Shown here piece after piece: positions 29,246-38,927 of a DNA stretch of 64,000 nucleotides (position 1 is the stretch's first letter; each line of letters starts with the position of its first letter). The notes under the pieces were generated by a model. The model was given only the letters and a program-made list of their open reading frames with translations, had not been told where the DNA came from and made no database searches. A program made the translations under genes and the position numbers. Source of the stretch: Bacillota bacterium. Its GTDB lineage: Bacteria; Bacillota; JAAYKD01. The DNA is taken from assembly GCA_963666425.2 (NCBI GenBank), contig OY762825.2, positions 2,016,001-2,080,000 on the forward strand, given 5' to 3'.

Positions 29246-29315
29246 ACTTGCGACTAACTTGCAACTAACTTGGAACTAACTTGGAACTAACTTGGAACTA
29301 ACTTGGAACTAACTT
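29246..29315. repeat. 11-bp tandem repeat, 6 units (paralog of 24080-24235)
   Basis: Counted directly. Confidence 0.95.
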
Positions 29316-29467
29316 CTTCCAGCAGAACGATCAATAACACAAGAAGTCGCGGAGGCACGCAAGTGTTGTCGGAAACGAGAAAACGAGTGCTTGCGATCTG
29401 GTTTGCCGCGTTACTGACTGCATTTCATTATCCACAATGAATCCTCAACAAACCTGGAGATGATTTT

Positions 29468-30832
29468 ACGAAAAGAAAAATCGCCGTATTTTACTATGAT
29501 GGATTCGCGGAGTTTGAAATCGCTCCGCTCTTACTGCTTTTGAACGAACAAGAGATAACATTTTTAGCCTTAGAAAACAGGTCCTATCAAAGCGGGGAGC
29601 AGCAGCGTTTCTTGGTGGATAAGACCATTGCAGAAATAAATCCACTCCGCTTTGATCTTTTAATTCTGCCGGGTGGAGATTCCGCGCCATTGTACGAAAA
29701 TAAGCAATTGAAGAATTTCATCTCTGCCATGCTCAGCCAGGGCAAAGCGGTTGCCGCAATCTGCGGCGGCTCGGAGCTGTTGGCCGCCATGGGTTTCCTT
29801 AATGGCAAGCATTGCACCGGCGGCGCATCGGGTGTATCAAACACAGATGCCGTTTATCCGCTTTATCGCGAAGCGCTTTTATCTCAGACGCAGGTGGTGT
29901 TGGATGGCAGCATCATTACCGCCCAAGGCCAAGCCTATCTGGAATTTGCGGTGACGGTGGCCAAGTACCTGGGGATTCTGAAAGATGATCCTGCAAAGCT
30001 TGAGACGCTGAACTGGCTGAAAAATAGGCGCGGTGAAGCGAGCACGGTCAATTGGCTGCAGCCGCTGGATGGTTGGATCGATCTAAGCGAGTCAGTCAAG
30101 GTGAGCACCGGCAGCTTTGAAGAATGCAATCTGACTCTGGTCGTTTCGGAGGGCGAGGCGCTTTTAGTGGATACCGGCTACGAAATGCCGGAAGCCGAAC
30201 GTGTGCTGCAGTATCTAAAAAAGCACGACTTAAAACTGAAGCATATTGTCATCACCCATCATCATGATGATCACGATGCGAATCTGGCGCTTTTTACGAT
30301 GAACGAAGGGCAGATTTACGATCCGGCGCATCTGCCGGATGAAGCGGAATTGCGCATTGGCAATAAGAACGTCAGGCTGCAGAAAACACCGGGACATTTT
30401 CCGGCGGGAGATATCAGCGCTGTTGTGGTAGAAGAGCAGATCTTGATCGCGGGGGATATTCTCTATACCTGTCTGCCGCCGCAGCTGTGTTATGGCGCCA
30501 ATCCGGAAGTATTGATTCAGACCTTAGAAAAAATAGAGCAGCAGCACTACAAATGGATTGTCCCGGGGCACGGCAAAGTGCTTTCGGGGCCGCTGATGAT
30601 GTCTATGTCACTGTCCTACATCCAACAGCTCTACGAAAAACTGCAGGCAATTGTTCAACAGCAGGGCACGGTAGCGGAGATAGACCAGATTACCTTGGCC
30701 GATTGTATCCTGCATCGGGACTGGATGGTGGAAGCACCGGCGCTTGATCTGCATCGTCAAAATAAAAAGGAACTCTTCGCTAAACTCAAGCGTATCAATG
30801 CAAATTGCAGCACCAGCGTGCTTAAAGGGTGA
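29468..30832 (+). CDS. DJ-1/PfpI plus MBL-fold hydrolase fusion (copy 2); start apparently ACG
   Basis: Same motifs and same GGAG-8 nt-ACG context as copy 1. Confidence 0.85.
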   Translation, partial: TKRKIAVFYYDGFAEFEIAPLLLLLNEQEITFLALENRSYQSGEQQRFLVDKTIAEINPLRFDLLILPGGDSAPLYENKQLKNFISAMLSQGKAVAAICGGSELLAAMGFLNGKHCTGGASGVSNTDAVYPLYREALLSQTQVVLDGSIITAQGQAYLEFAVTVAKYLGILKDDPAKLETLNWLKNRRGEASTVNWLQPLDGWIDLSESVKVSTGSFEECNLTLVVSEGEALLVDTGYEMPEAERVLQYLKKHDLKLKHIVITHHHDDHDANLALFTMNEGQIYDPAHLPDEAELRIGNKNVRLQKTPGHFPAGDISAVVVEEQILIAGDILYTCLPPQLCYGANPEVLIQTLEKIEQQHYKWIVPGHGKVLSGPLMMSMSLSYIQQLYEKLQAIVQQQGTVAEIDQITLADCILHRDWMVEAPALDLHRQNKKELFAKLKRINANCSTSVLKG

Positions 30833-30841
30833 ACAAGCAAG

Positions 30842-31675
30842 ATGAATCATCATAACATGGACATTCAGCCATCGAATTTAACTAGGATCGAACCAATTCT
30901 GCAGGCGCATCTGCGTGCCTTCGCTTTTCCAATGGATTCTTTTCTCGAAGACCGATTGACGAACAGTGAAATTTACGCAATATCGTCTGAGGATCAGCTG
31001 ATTGGATACGCCGGTGTTTACGAAGGGGTATTGTTTTTCTTTCACGTTTTACTCGCTCACTTTAGCCTGGCGCCGGAGATTTTGGATAAATTCATACTGG
31101 AAAACGCAATCGACCGCGTTTATGTCACAACGCAGGACCCCCTTTTTGCTGCTTTAATTGCCGAATGGGATTATGAAAAGAAGAAAGATGCCTGCTTTTT
31201 CATTGACGGCAACAGAAGTGTGCAGCCAACAGCAATCACGGATACAATGGTCTTTCGCTTGGCTCAATCGGAGGATCTGCAAACAATTGCTGCTGCAACC
31301 GATCCTTTTTTTGATTCGCTGGAACAAAGAATCAAAGAGCAAAGCATCTTTCTCTTGGAAGAGGGAAAGCAATTATTGGGCTGCGGCCTGATTGAAAAAG
31401 GAGTGTTCTTTCCAGGCTGCGTCTCCATCGGCATGATTACCTGTAAAGAGCATCGCCGGAGAGGCATCGGCCAGAGTATTCTTTGCTGCTTAAAAGAATG
31501 GGCGTATGAAAAGGGTTATCAACCCATTGCCGGCTGTTGGTATTATAATACGTTATCCAGAAAAACCTTAGAAAAAGCAGGTATGGTTGCCATTGGCATA
31601 GGTTATGAAGCAAAATTAACCGGAAAAGAAAAAGCGCCGCTTATCACAGGCCGTGCATCGGGTGAGAAAATATAA
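30842..31675 (+). CDS. GNAT family N-acetyltransferase
   Basis: Acetyl-CoA motif HRRRGIG; N..SRKTLEKAG. Confidence 0.88.
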   Translation: MNHHNMDIQPSNLTRIEPILQAHLRAFAFPMDSFLEDRLTNSEIYAISSEDQLIGYAGVYEGVLFFFHVLLAHFSLAPEILDKFILENAIDRVYVTTQDPLFAALIAEWDYEKKKDACFFIDGNRSVQPTAITDTMVFRLAQSEDLQTIAAATDPFFDSLEQRIKEQSIFLLEEGKQLLGCGLIEKGVFFPGCVSIGMITCKEHRRRGIGQSILCCLKEWAYEKGYQPIAGCWYYNTLSRKTLEKAGMVAIGIGYEAKLTGKEKAPLITGRASGEKI

Positions 31676-31694
31676 AAAGAGCGGAGGACGTATC

Positions 31695-32816
31695 ATGCAA
31701 CTCGGCTGCACAAAGAAGCTTTTGGATTACCTCGGTAAAAAAGGTGGACCTGCGGATACCAATATTGCACCGCTGCTGTCCTGGAGCGCGAACCTAATCA
31801 CGCTCAATCGTCGGCATGTTTTGGTGGCAGCCAACGATTCGTCGCGTTACGGTTTTGTGCTGTATGGTTTGAAAGCCAAGGATGTTAAAGCACTGGATAA
31901 GATCATATTGGACGGTATACGTACCTGTTTGGAGATCGAATGCATCGCACCGGAACTGATTGAGCAATACATAGCCGATTGCGGCGATACCGTAAGCTTC
32001 ACCAAAACGGCTAACCGTACCGTCGTGGCACGGCTGAACAAGCTGTGTGAAAGAGCAGCATGGTATACGGAGGGATTGACAACAGACAAGCTGCTGCAGC
32101 CTCAAATTCAACTCTCGCTTAATTACGATTTTATTACCGATAAAAGCGACCCTGCTGGGCATCACATGATCCCTTATGAAAAGTTAGCCAAAGATCTTGC
32201 TGACCGTTACAGCGCTCCACCTTATCGCTGCCGCGCCGCCGAGTTGGAAGTGGAACTGGAGTTGGAGCCGGAGAGCGTTTGCCGCCGTCGCATTGTTGTG
32301 CCCCTGAGCTATAACTTCCAGCAGCTGCATCTGGGTCTTCAGACGCTTTTTTGCTGGCAGGATTACCATTTGCATGATTTCTGGATTGAGCGTTATCCTA
32401 ACGGCAGATTGAAATATACGCTGGTCGGTTTTCCGCGTGAGGATGAATATGAAGGTGAGACCACGCGGATGGATCGAGACGTTTGCCTGTCCGAGATCTT
32501 CCCGGCCTACGAGCATATTATCTACAATTACGATTTTGGCGACGACTGGATCCATCACATTCGGCTCGTCCGTATCGTGGAAGATTACGATAAAAACGTG
32601 CCTGTCTGCTTGGTCGGCGAGGGTGACGCACCACCGGAGGATGTCGGCGGGCCAGACGGTTATGCCCGGATGCTGCTTATTTTGGCTAACCCGCAGGATG
32701 TGGAATACGAGGATATCAAAAGTTGGTTTGAGGGTATGCGCTGCGAGCCTTTCAATCTTAAGCATGTGAACTATGACCTAAGCAAAAGTGCAAGGTTAAG
32801 CTATCTTCTGCATTGA
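31695..32816 (+). CDS. DUF6933-like plus plasmid pRiA4b ORF-3 family protein
   Basis: CTKKLLD N-terminus; W.DYHLHDF, YDFGDDW.H, PPEDVGGP. Confidence 0.85.
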   Translation: MQLGCTKKLLDYLGKKGGPADTNIAPLLSWSANLITLNRRHVLVAANDSSRYGFVLYGLKAKDVKALDKIILDGIRTCLEIECIAPELIEQYIADCGDTVSFTKTANRTVVARLNKLCERAAWYTEGLTTDKLLQPQIQLSLNYDFITDKSDPAGHHMIPYEKLAKDLADRYSAPPYRCRAAELEVELELEPESVCRRRIVVPLSYNFQQLHLGLQTLFCWQDYHLHDFWIERYPNGRLKYTLVGFPREDEYEGETTRMDRDVCLSEIFPAYEHIIYNYDFGDDWIHHIRLVRIVEDYDKNVPVCLVGEGDAPPEDVGGPDGYARMLLILANPQDVEYEDIKSWFEGMRCEPFNLKHVNYDLSKSARLSYLLH

Positions 32817-32849
32817 TCTTGATGGTGCTTATGCAGTCATGAAGGGAGC

Positions 32850-32903
32850 AAAATAGTCACCCCGAGTATTACTCTTTGTAATATCCGGAGTGACTTTTTT
32901 TTG
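32850..32903. terminator. Bidirectional terminator between convergent genes
   Basis: agtcac...gtgact stem with A-tract and T-tract. Confidence 0.6.
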
Positions 32904-32904
32904 C

Positions 32905-34095
32905 TTATTTTTGATTTTGCTTGAGCCAATGAAAAGCGCAGTTGGCATAAACTGCCGCGCCGTAGGATAACGCTGTTTCATCAAATACGGCACTTGGATG
33001 ATGAATTGGATGAATATAACCTTCCTTTGGCGAGCCAACGCCAAGTTTCAAGACGAGTGCCGGTATTCTTTGGGTTATTTCCGAGAAATCTTCACCGCCA
33101 TAAGAGGTAGGCCGATCAACCAGTAAAACTTTGTCGTTGCCACAGATTTCTTGGATAAACGGATAAAGTTCATCGCACAAAGCAGGATCGTTATAGACCG
33201 CTTTGCCGCCCTGCTTGTAATCAATCTCCACATCCACGCGCATTGCTTTGGCAACATTTTCCGTGACTTCAACAACCCTTTTATGCATGAACTCTGCCAT
33301 TTGTTCGGTATAGGTTCTGCAAGTTCCGGCAAATTCAACAAAATCCGTAATCACATTGGCAGCGGAACCACCTTGAATTTTGCCAAAGGTTAAAACGGCT
33401 CTTTCGTCGGAGGCTACTTCCATAGAAATGATATGCTGTAAAGCTGTGATGATGAGAGCTGATGCTGTGATGGGATCAATTGCGGTATGCGGCTGTGCGC
33501 CATGCCCGCCTTTGCCAATGACTTTAATCTTCACACTTGCGCCTGATGCAAAGGCCGGGCCGCGGCTATAGTGCACCGTGCAGGTGTCTGTGAGCTCGTT
33601 TGCAACCGCAACATGAATTGCCATGCCGGCATCCACCTTGGGATTCTCTAAGACGCCTGCTTTCACCATTGTACTGCAGCCGCCGGCACCTTCTTCCGCC
33701 GGTTGGAACATCACTTTTACCGTGCCCTGCAAATTCGGCTCATTTTCTTTCAGCATTTTAGCAGCGTATAAGAGCATAGAAGAATGAAAATCATGGCCGC
33801 AGGAGTGACTGCTGCCATTGCTGGCGGCAAAGGCTAAGCCGCTCTTCTCCACAATCGGCAGTGCATCAAAATCGCCTCTCATGAGGAATACAGGAGTTCC
33901 TTTGCCGATGGTTGCCACAATTCCACACTTGCAGATTTCTTGATAGTCGATCTTCCATTCCGCTAACTTCTCTTTGATGAAGCCGGCGCTGTCTTCCAGA
34001 TCAAATCCGATTCCGCCAAATTGATGAATGATTCTTCTTGCTTTTACAATTTCGGGTTGCAATTCTTTGGCTCGTTCAAGAAAAATTGTATTCAT
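32905..34095 (-). CDS. M20 family amidohydrolase
   Basis: RGDFDALP, HSCGHD, FQPAEE, GGHGA, GEDFS, HHP. Confidence 0.93.
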   Translation of the reverse strand: MNTIFLERAKELQPEIVKARRIIHQFGGIGFDLEDSAGFIKEKLAEWKIDYQEICKCGIVATIGKGTPVFLMRGDFDALPIVEKSGLAFAASNGSSHSCGHDFHSSMLLYAAKMLKENEPNLQGTVKVMFQPAEEGAGGCSTMVKAGVLENPKVDAGMAIHVAVANELTDTCTVHYSRGPAFASGASVKIKVIGKGGHGAQPHTAIDPITASALIITALQHIISMEVASDERAVLTFGKIQGGSAANVITDFVEFAGTCRTYTEQMAEFMHKRVVEVTENVAKAMRVDVEIDYKQGGKAVYNDPALCDELYPFIQEICGNDKVLLVDRPTSYGGEDFSEITQRIPALVLKLGVGSPKEGYIHPIHHPSAVFDETALSYGAAVYANCAFHWLKQNQK

Positions 34096-34552
34096 GGCAT
34101 CTCCTTTTCGTTTTTGGAAGCTTTTGCTCGTGCGTGGCTTCCGTTTCTTGTTGTTCGTTCACATTATCCGCGTAATTAGGGTGTAAAAGGGCGCAAATAA
34201 CCATTGGCACCTGTGTTACCATTACCAGGTTCTTTGATGATGACAATCGTAAGACCTTTAGCGGTGCCAAAAGCGGCAGCAATTGATATTTGCAGTTCCT
34301 CCTTCAGAAATATAGATTCTATATTCTATTTTAACAGCTTATTTAGAAATGTATAATGTATAAAAGGAGTATCTTAATGACTGAGTTTCATATAATGTCT
34401 TTCTATTTGGCTTTAGTGGGAGAAATGCTTCAGTGCCACAACCGAAATCTGAAATAGAAAAGAGATTCTTCGTCTCATATTTCAAAAAACATTAAAATTT
34501 TGAAATATGCAAATTCTTCGCAAAGGTACCGAATAAAAGAATTGCGCATATT

Positions 34553-34620
34553 AAGGGGTTGTAGCAAAACAACAAAAAAAGCGGAGCCGAGTGACTGCAG
34601 AGCAGACATAAGGCTTTGCT
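34553..34620 (+). repeat. ~70-bp dispersed repeat with hairpin (second copy 35432-35501)
   Basis: aagggg.tgta.caaaac...agcagacataaggctttgct shared between the copies. Confidence 0.75.
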
Positions 34621-34736
34621 TTTTTTAAAATTGTCGCAGATTCAGTATATTAAAAACACAATTTCGCCATAGCATTTCGGTATGATCCGATTGTGGTCAA
34701 GAAAACGAACCATAAAATAGAAGGAGGTCATTTCAA

Positions 34737-35399
34737 ATGACAAATCTTAAAAAAATCTTCGCACTCACCGCTATGGTATTCACTATCAGCGCAGGATCGC
34801 TCAATGTTTACGCTGCTTCCAACTACACTACCCCCGCTGAAGCCTTATCCGGCTTGACCGGCAAGTCTTACGAAAGCATTACCGCTGAGAGATCAAACTC
34901 CGGCACAACCTACGGCGGAATTGCCTCTGCAGCAGGAGTCTTAACAGAGTTCAAAACCGAATTGCTTCAAATTAGAAAGGATCAGTTGACAGCAAAAGTT
35001 GCCGATGGCAGTCTGACTCAGAGTGAAGCGGATGCTTTGCTAGCTACGATGCAGGAACAGCAGATAAGCTGCACCGGTGAAGGCAGTGGAGCGCAAGCTG
35101 GTTTGGGAATGGGCAGCATGTCCGGCAATCATCAGCAAAACGGCTCCGTCAGCGGACAGATGAATGGTACTCGTTTACAGGATGGCACCGGAGCAGGTAA
35201 CAAAAACGGTTCAGCTCAAGCAGGCAGTGGAATGCAAGCTGGTTTGGGAACGGGCACTATGTCCGGCAATCATCAGCAAAACGGCGCTGTTAGTGGACAG
35301 ATGAATGGTACTCGTTTACAGGATGGCACCGGTACCGGCAGCAGAAACAATTCGGCTCAAAACGGATTGCGCAATCAAACCTGTCTGGTTACCGAATAA
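34737..35399 (+). CDS. Secreted DUF2680-like protein with Gly/Asn-rich internal duplication
   Basis: Signal peptide; TPAE..GLTGK, G.LTQ.EAD; repeated SGNHQQNG..SGQMNGTRLQDGTG. Confidence 0.75.
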   Translation: MTNLKKIFALTAMVFTISAGSLNVYAASNYTTPAEALSGLTGKSYESITAERSNSGTTYGGIASAAGVLTEFKTELLQIRKDQLTAKVADGSLTQSEADALLATMQEQQISCTGEGSGAQAGLGMGSMSGNHQQNGSVSGQMNGTRLQDGTGAGNKNGSAQAGSGMQAGLGTGTMSGNHQQNGAVSGQMNGTRLQDGTGTGSRNNSAQNGLRNQTCLVTE

Positions 35400-35671
35400 C
35401 AACTCTCAATTTGATCCTATATCCTAAAAACAAGGGGCTGTAACAAAACAGCAATAAAAAGCAAAGCCGCATGACTGTCAAAGCAGACATAAGGCTTTGC
35501 TCTTTTATATCATAATAGCACGAAAGGAAATATATCGTTGCGGATTTATAATATATTCTAAAAATGGGTTGGTATCTATTTCTTGAAAATAAACCAGCCA
35601 AGGTGTATAATGAATTAGGGATAATTTTGAGTATGGATGGGACGATAGAGGAGAATAAGGAGGGATTTGAA

Positions 35672-36139
35672 ATGAAGCTGAAAACTTGGCAAAGGAATGT
35701 CCTCTTAGGAGCAGTCATTGCTGCCGGTGGATTTCTTCTCTTCAATCTGGCTTTCCTCTTCGCTGCGCTGACCATGCAGGTCTGCCGCAGGATCATTTTG
35801 CTTTTCAGCGGATCCGCTGAGCCCGAATTCAATCCGATGCTTTGGCGATACGTTTTCGCCATCCTGATCTTGCTGATTTCCTGGTTTGTGCTTCGCTCAA
35901 AATTGCCAATCTTAGTGAAAGCAACTTATCTGACAATGCCGCTGATGGTGCTGCTGGTTATGGTAGGCATTCAATTCTACGCTCAGCCGCAGTGGGTTCC
36001 CATTGCCTTGGGAGGCATCATCGTGGCAGCGGTGCTCGCTTATCTCTACCAAAAGAAACTGGCCTGGCAGTATTATTTTGCCGCGCTCTATACGGCAGCC
36101 CTGGCGCTTTATATCGTTCTAGCCGGTATTGATATTTAA
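35672..36139 (+). CDS. Hypothetical integral membrane protein
   Basis: About five hydrophobic helices; AAGGAGG RBS. Confidence 0.75.
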   Translation: MKLKTWQRNVLLGAVIAAGGFLLFNLAFLFAALTMQVCRRIILLFSGSAEPEFNPMLWRYVFAILILLISWFVLRSKLPILVKATYLTMPLMVLLVMVGIQFYAQPQWVPIALGGIIVAAVLAYLYQKKLAWQYYFAALYTAALALYIVLAGIDI

Positions 36140-36145
36140 AAATAG

Positions 36146-36192
36146 AAAACCCGTCCAAACTAAAATCGCATTTTAGTTTGGACGGGTTTTTG
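36146..36192. terminator. Bidirectional terminator
   Basis: Perfect stem aaaacccgtccaaactaaaat / attttagtttggacgggtttt. Confidence 0.8.
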
Positions 36193-36225
36193 CCTTTCGT
36201 CAAGTAAAAACAGGTTCGCTGCTGC

Positions 36226-38337
36226 CTAGCGGATATCCGCCTGGAAGCTACGCTGCAGCAGCAGCCGGCCGGCGCTGTCATAGGCGGACACCACAAACTC
36301 AACGTCCTGCATGCCTTGGTAAGCACTCAGGTCGCAGGAGATGGTAAAGGGCGATGCATAGGTCGTGCCAAGGTGGCTGCCGTTGATTTGATAACTTACG
36401 CTGGCGACTGCTGCGTTATCGATATAATTGACATAGCTGCACAGCTGCGTGGTAGCAGCCGGAATGGAGATGCCAAACAAAGGCACATAGTAGGTCGCCA
36501 ATTCTGCGCCGGCGGTGTAGTCAGATAAATAACTGGCAGACTGGATTACGCTGCTGTAGGTGCTGCGCAGGGTGGCATTCTGCGAGAGCATAAAGTTGCG
36601 AATGACGGCGCCCGTATCGGCAGAGTCAAAGTAAAACATGGCTTTGACATTGGGATAGACGATGGGCAGATAGGTATAAAAATCTTTCAATTGCCAATTG
36701 GCGAAGGCGGTGACATCGCTGCCTTCCTGCGAAACAAAGGTTGCGGCGCCTTCCGAGATGATGATCGGTTTTTTGCCGCCATAGAGCGTATAGAGCGCCG
36801 CCAGACTGTTGATCAAGCGCTGGCGCACTTGGCCTTCGCCCAGCGGATCGGTGGCGGCCAGTGCGGCACTGTTGTTTTGATAAGCCGAAACGCCAACATA
36901 ATCGCAGTATTCATCACCGGGATAGAAGGTTTGGTAATTGGTGGTGGGATAAAAATTCGGCGACCAGACAACCGCCGCATTGTCGGCGTATTGGTGCATG
37001 ATGGTATAAACGCGGCGGAAGGCTTCAATATAACGAGCGCCGCTGGTGGACCAGGGCGTGCTCTCGAGATTCATTTCGGCGGCAAAGCGAACATAAACAG
37101 GCACGCCGGTGGTGGCCAGGTATTTGGCGAAGTTCTCCAGCCAGGTCTTGCCTTGGCTGGACAATACATAATCGAGGCCGCTCAGCGGCTGCAGCGCAAT
37201 TTGCAGGACGGTGTTGCTTTCCTGCGCCATATGGATGTACTGTTTGAGGCCATAGGTCGCCTCCAGATTGGCGCCAACGGAGTAATAAATCAGATAAGCC
37301 CCGTGTGTTTTGCCAACATAATTGGAGAAGGTGGTATAGTTGCCGCTCAGCGCTTTTTCCGCTTCGGCATAGGCGCCCAACAGAATGCCGTTTTTGCTTT
37401 CACCGGCTTCGCCGTAATTGTTGACCAGCGATAAACTCGCGTCGTTGGTGACGGCAAAAAGACTGATCCCTGCTGTGCAGTACTCCGCCCGGCGGCGGGC
37501 GTCGATGATCATCTGTTCGGCCTGATTGGCGTTGTAACTGTCGGCGGCAGCGCTGTATTCGGCGTAGAGCTGCTGCCAGTAATCGGCTTCCCGCAGATAG
37601 CTGGCCGCGGCCCGATCGTAGTTGCCAATTTTAGCCTGGCAGCTGCCGAGATCGAAAAAAGCCAGCGCGAGATTGGTATACATGCCATTCAATCCGTCTT
37701 CGCTACCGTAGACGCTGAGATCACAAACCGCCTGTTCCAATTGGGGAATCGCAGACGAATAGGCTCCGCTCTGATAAGCGGCGAGGCCGGCGTTAAAATT
37801 CGGCCAGTAGTTGGCCTGGGCGACCGCGCCGGTTTCCAATGCCGTTGTGTAAGCGGCGCTGCATTGGCTGTCGACCAGGACGGTCCGGTTTGCCTGATCC
37901 CAACCTACCAGGCAGCCAAAGGCTTCCAGAACAACGCGGATGGGCAGATAGGTGCGGCCATCGTTCGGGTTGATCACGGCGGACGTATCATTGGCGATCG
38001 CCTGATTGTTGCGGTAGATTGTACTGGAACCAATGGCAACCAGCACGCTGACCGCACCTTTGCTGATGGTGGCTTCTTTGCGGCTTGCATCCCAGGTGAC
38101 CTGGCAGCCAAGGGCTTCGCAGGTCAGACGCAGCGGCACTTGCGTGCGGTTGTTGGCATCAATATAAGGATAACCGGAGTCCGCCGTGTAGGGCAGCCAA
38201 AAGTTGTCGATGATGGCATTGGCCCGGTTTCCGTCCGCGGCCTGTACATTGGTCAGCGGTAAACCTGCTTTGACCAGTACGAGCAGCAGAAGCAGGGAAA
38301 GCAGCAGGGTACGTTTCACTTGATAGGATTTTGGCAT
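36226..38337 (-). CDS. Secreted GH26 glycoside hydrolase with copper-amine-oxidase-like stalk domain, TPR and Ig-like domain
   Basis: RTQVPLR/RTYLPIR stalk; VRFAAEMN, VWSPN, YPGDEYCDYVGVSAY, KPIIISEG. Confidence 0.85.
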   Translation of the reverse strand: MPKSYQVKRTLLLSLLLLLVLVKAGLPLTNVQAADGNRANAIIDNFWLPYTADSGYPYIDANNRTQVPLRLTCEALGCQVTWDASRKEATISKGAVSVLVAIGSSTIYRNNQAIANDTSAVINPNDGRTYLPIRVVLEAFGCLVGWDQANRTVLVDSQCSAAYTTALETGAVAQANYWPNFNAGLAAYQSGAYSSAIPQLEQAVCDLSVYGSEDGLNGMYTNLALAFFDLGSCQAKIGNYDRAAASYLREADYWQQLYAEYSAAADSYNANQAEQMIIDARRRAEYCTAGISLFAVTNDASLSLVNNYGEAGESKNGILLGAYAEAEKALSGNYTTFSNYVGKTHGAYLIYYSVGANLEATYGLKQYIHMAQESNTVLQIALQPLSGLDYVLSSQGKTWLENFAKYLATTGVPVYVRFAAEMNLESTPWSTSGARYIEAFRRVYTIMHQYADNAAVVWSPNFYPTTNYQTFYPGDEYCDYVGVSAYQNNSAALAATDPLGEGQVRQRLINSLAALYTLYGGKKPIIISEGAATFVSQEGSDVTAFANWQLKDFYTYLPIVYPNVKAMFYFDSADTGAVIRNFMLSQNATLRSTYSSVIQSASYLSDYTAGAELATYYVPLFGISIPAATTQLCSYVNYIDNAAVASVSYQINGSHLGTTYASPFTISCDLSAYQGMQDVEFVVSAYDSAGRLLLQRSFQADIR

Positions 38338-38487
38338 GAAGAACCTCCTTTTGCTGAATCGCCAGAGTGACGTTGCTGATGATATCGTAACATATCAGGG
38401 ACGGTTAATGCAAGTGATCTTTGAGGTGAGATCTTTTTACCTCAATTAAAGAAGAGCAATACTAAGCAAGGGAGTTTCACTCGTAGC

Positions 38488-38563
38488 TAATTAACCCATA
38501 AGGTATATTTTCTATTGACAGTTGCCATGAATTATGTTATCATAAATTAACCTTACAGGTAAA
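38488..38563 (+). promoter_or_regulatory. higBA promoter with two candidate antitoxin operators
   Basis: TTGACA(38515)-17 bp-TATCAT with TG extension; imperfect palindromes ttaacccataaggtata and ttaaccttacaggtaaa flank it. Confidence 0.7.
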
Positions 38564-38574
38564 GAGGTGGTGAG

Positions 38575-38874
38575 TTGCTTCGGATAACTTACAAAACTCG
38601 AAAGTTGAAAGAGGAATGCACAAACTTTTCAACAGCTAAAAAAAATCATGGTGATAGCATGGCGGTGCTCATCCATCAACGGATTGCAGAGCTTAATGCG
38701 GCTGATTCGGTTCAGATGCTTGTTAAATTTCGTATTGGCAAATGTCACCCGCTTGTGGGGGATCGAAAAGGTCAGTATGCTATGGATTTAGTGCAACCTT
38801 ATCGCTTAGTATTCAAACTAAGTGAAGAGGAGAGCCAGGTAGTGCAGGTGATCAAGATCGAGGACTATCATTGA
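38575..38874 (+). CDS. higB: HigB/RelE-family toxin
   Basis: CHPLVGDRKGQYAMDL..PYRLVF...IEDYH. Confidence 0.9.
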   Translation: MLRITYKTRKLKEECTNFSTAKKNHGDSMAVLIHQRIAELNAADSVQMLVKFRIGKCHPLVGDRKGQYAMDLVQPYRLVFKLSEEESQVVQVIKIEDYH

Positions 38875-38927
38875 TTTGATATCGTCTTGTGATTTTGATG
38901 TAGTCATGTGATAAGGAGAGATTAATT

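Noticed and set aside
36691-38262. Long plus-strand ORFs (247 and 173 aa), and similarly 57907-58743 and 60087-61187
   Set aside because: Antisense shadows of well-supported GC-rich genes
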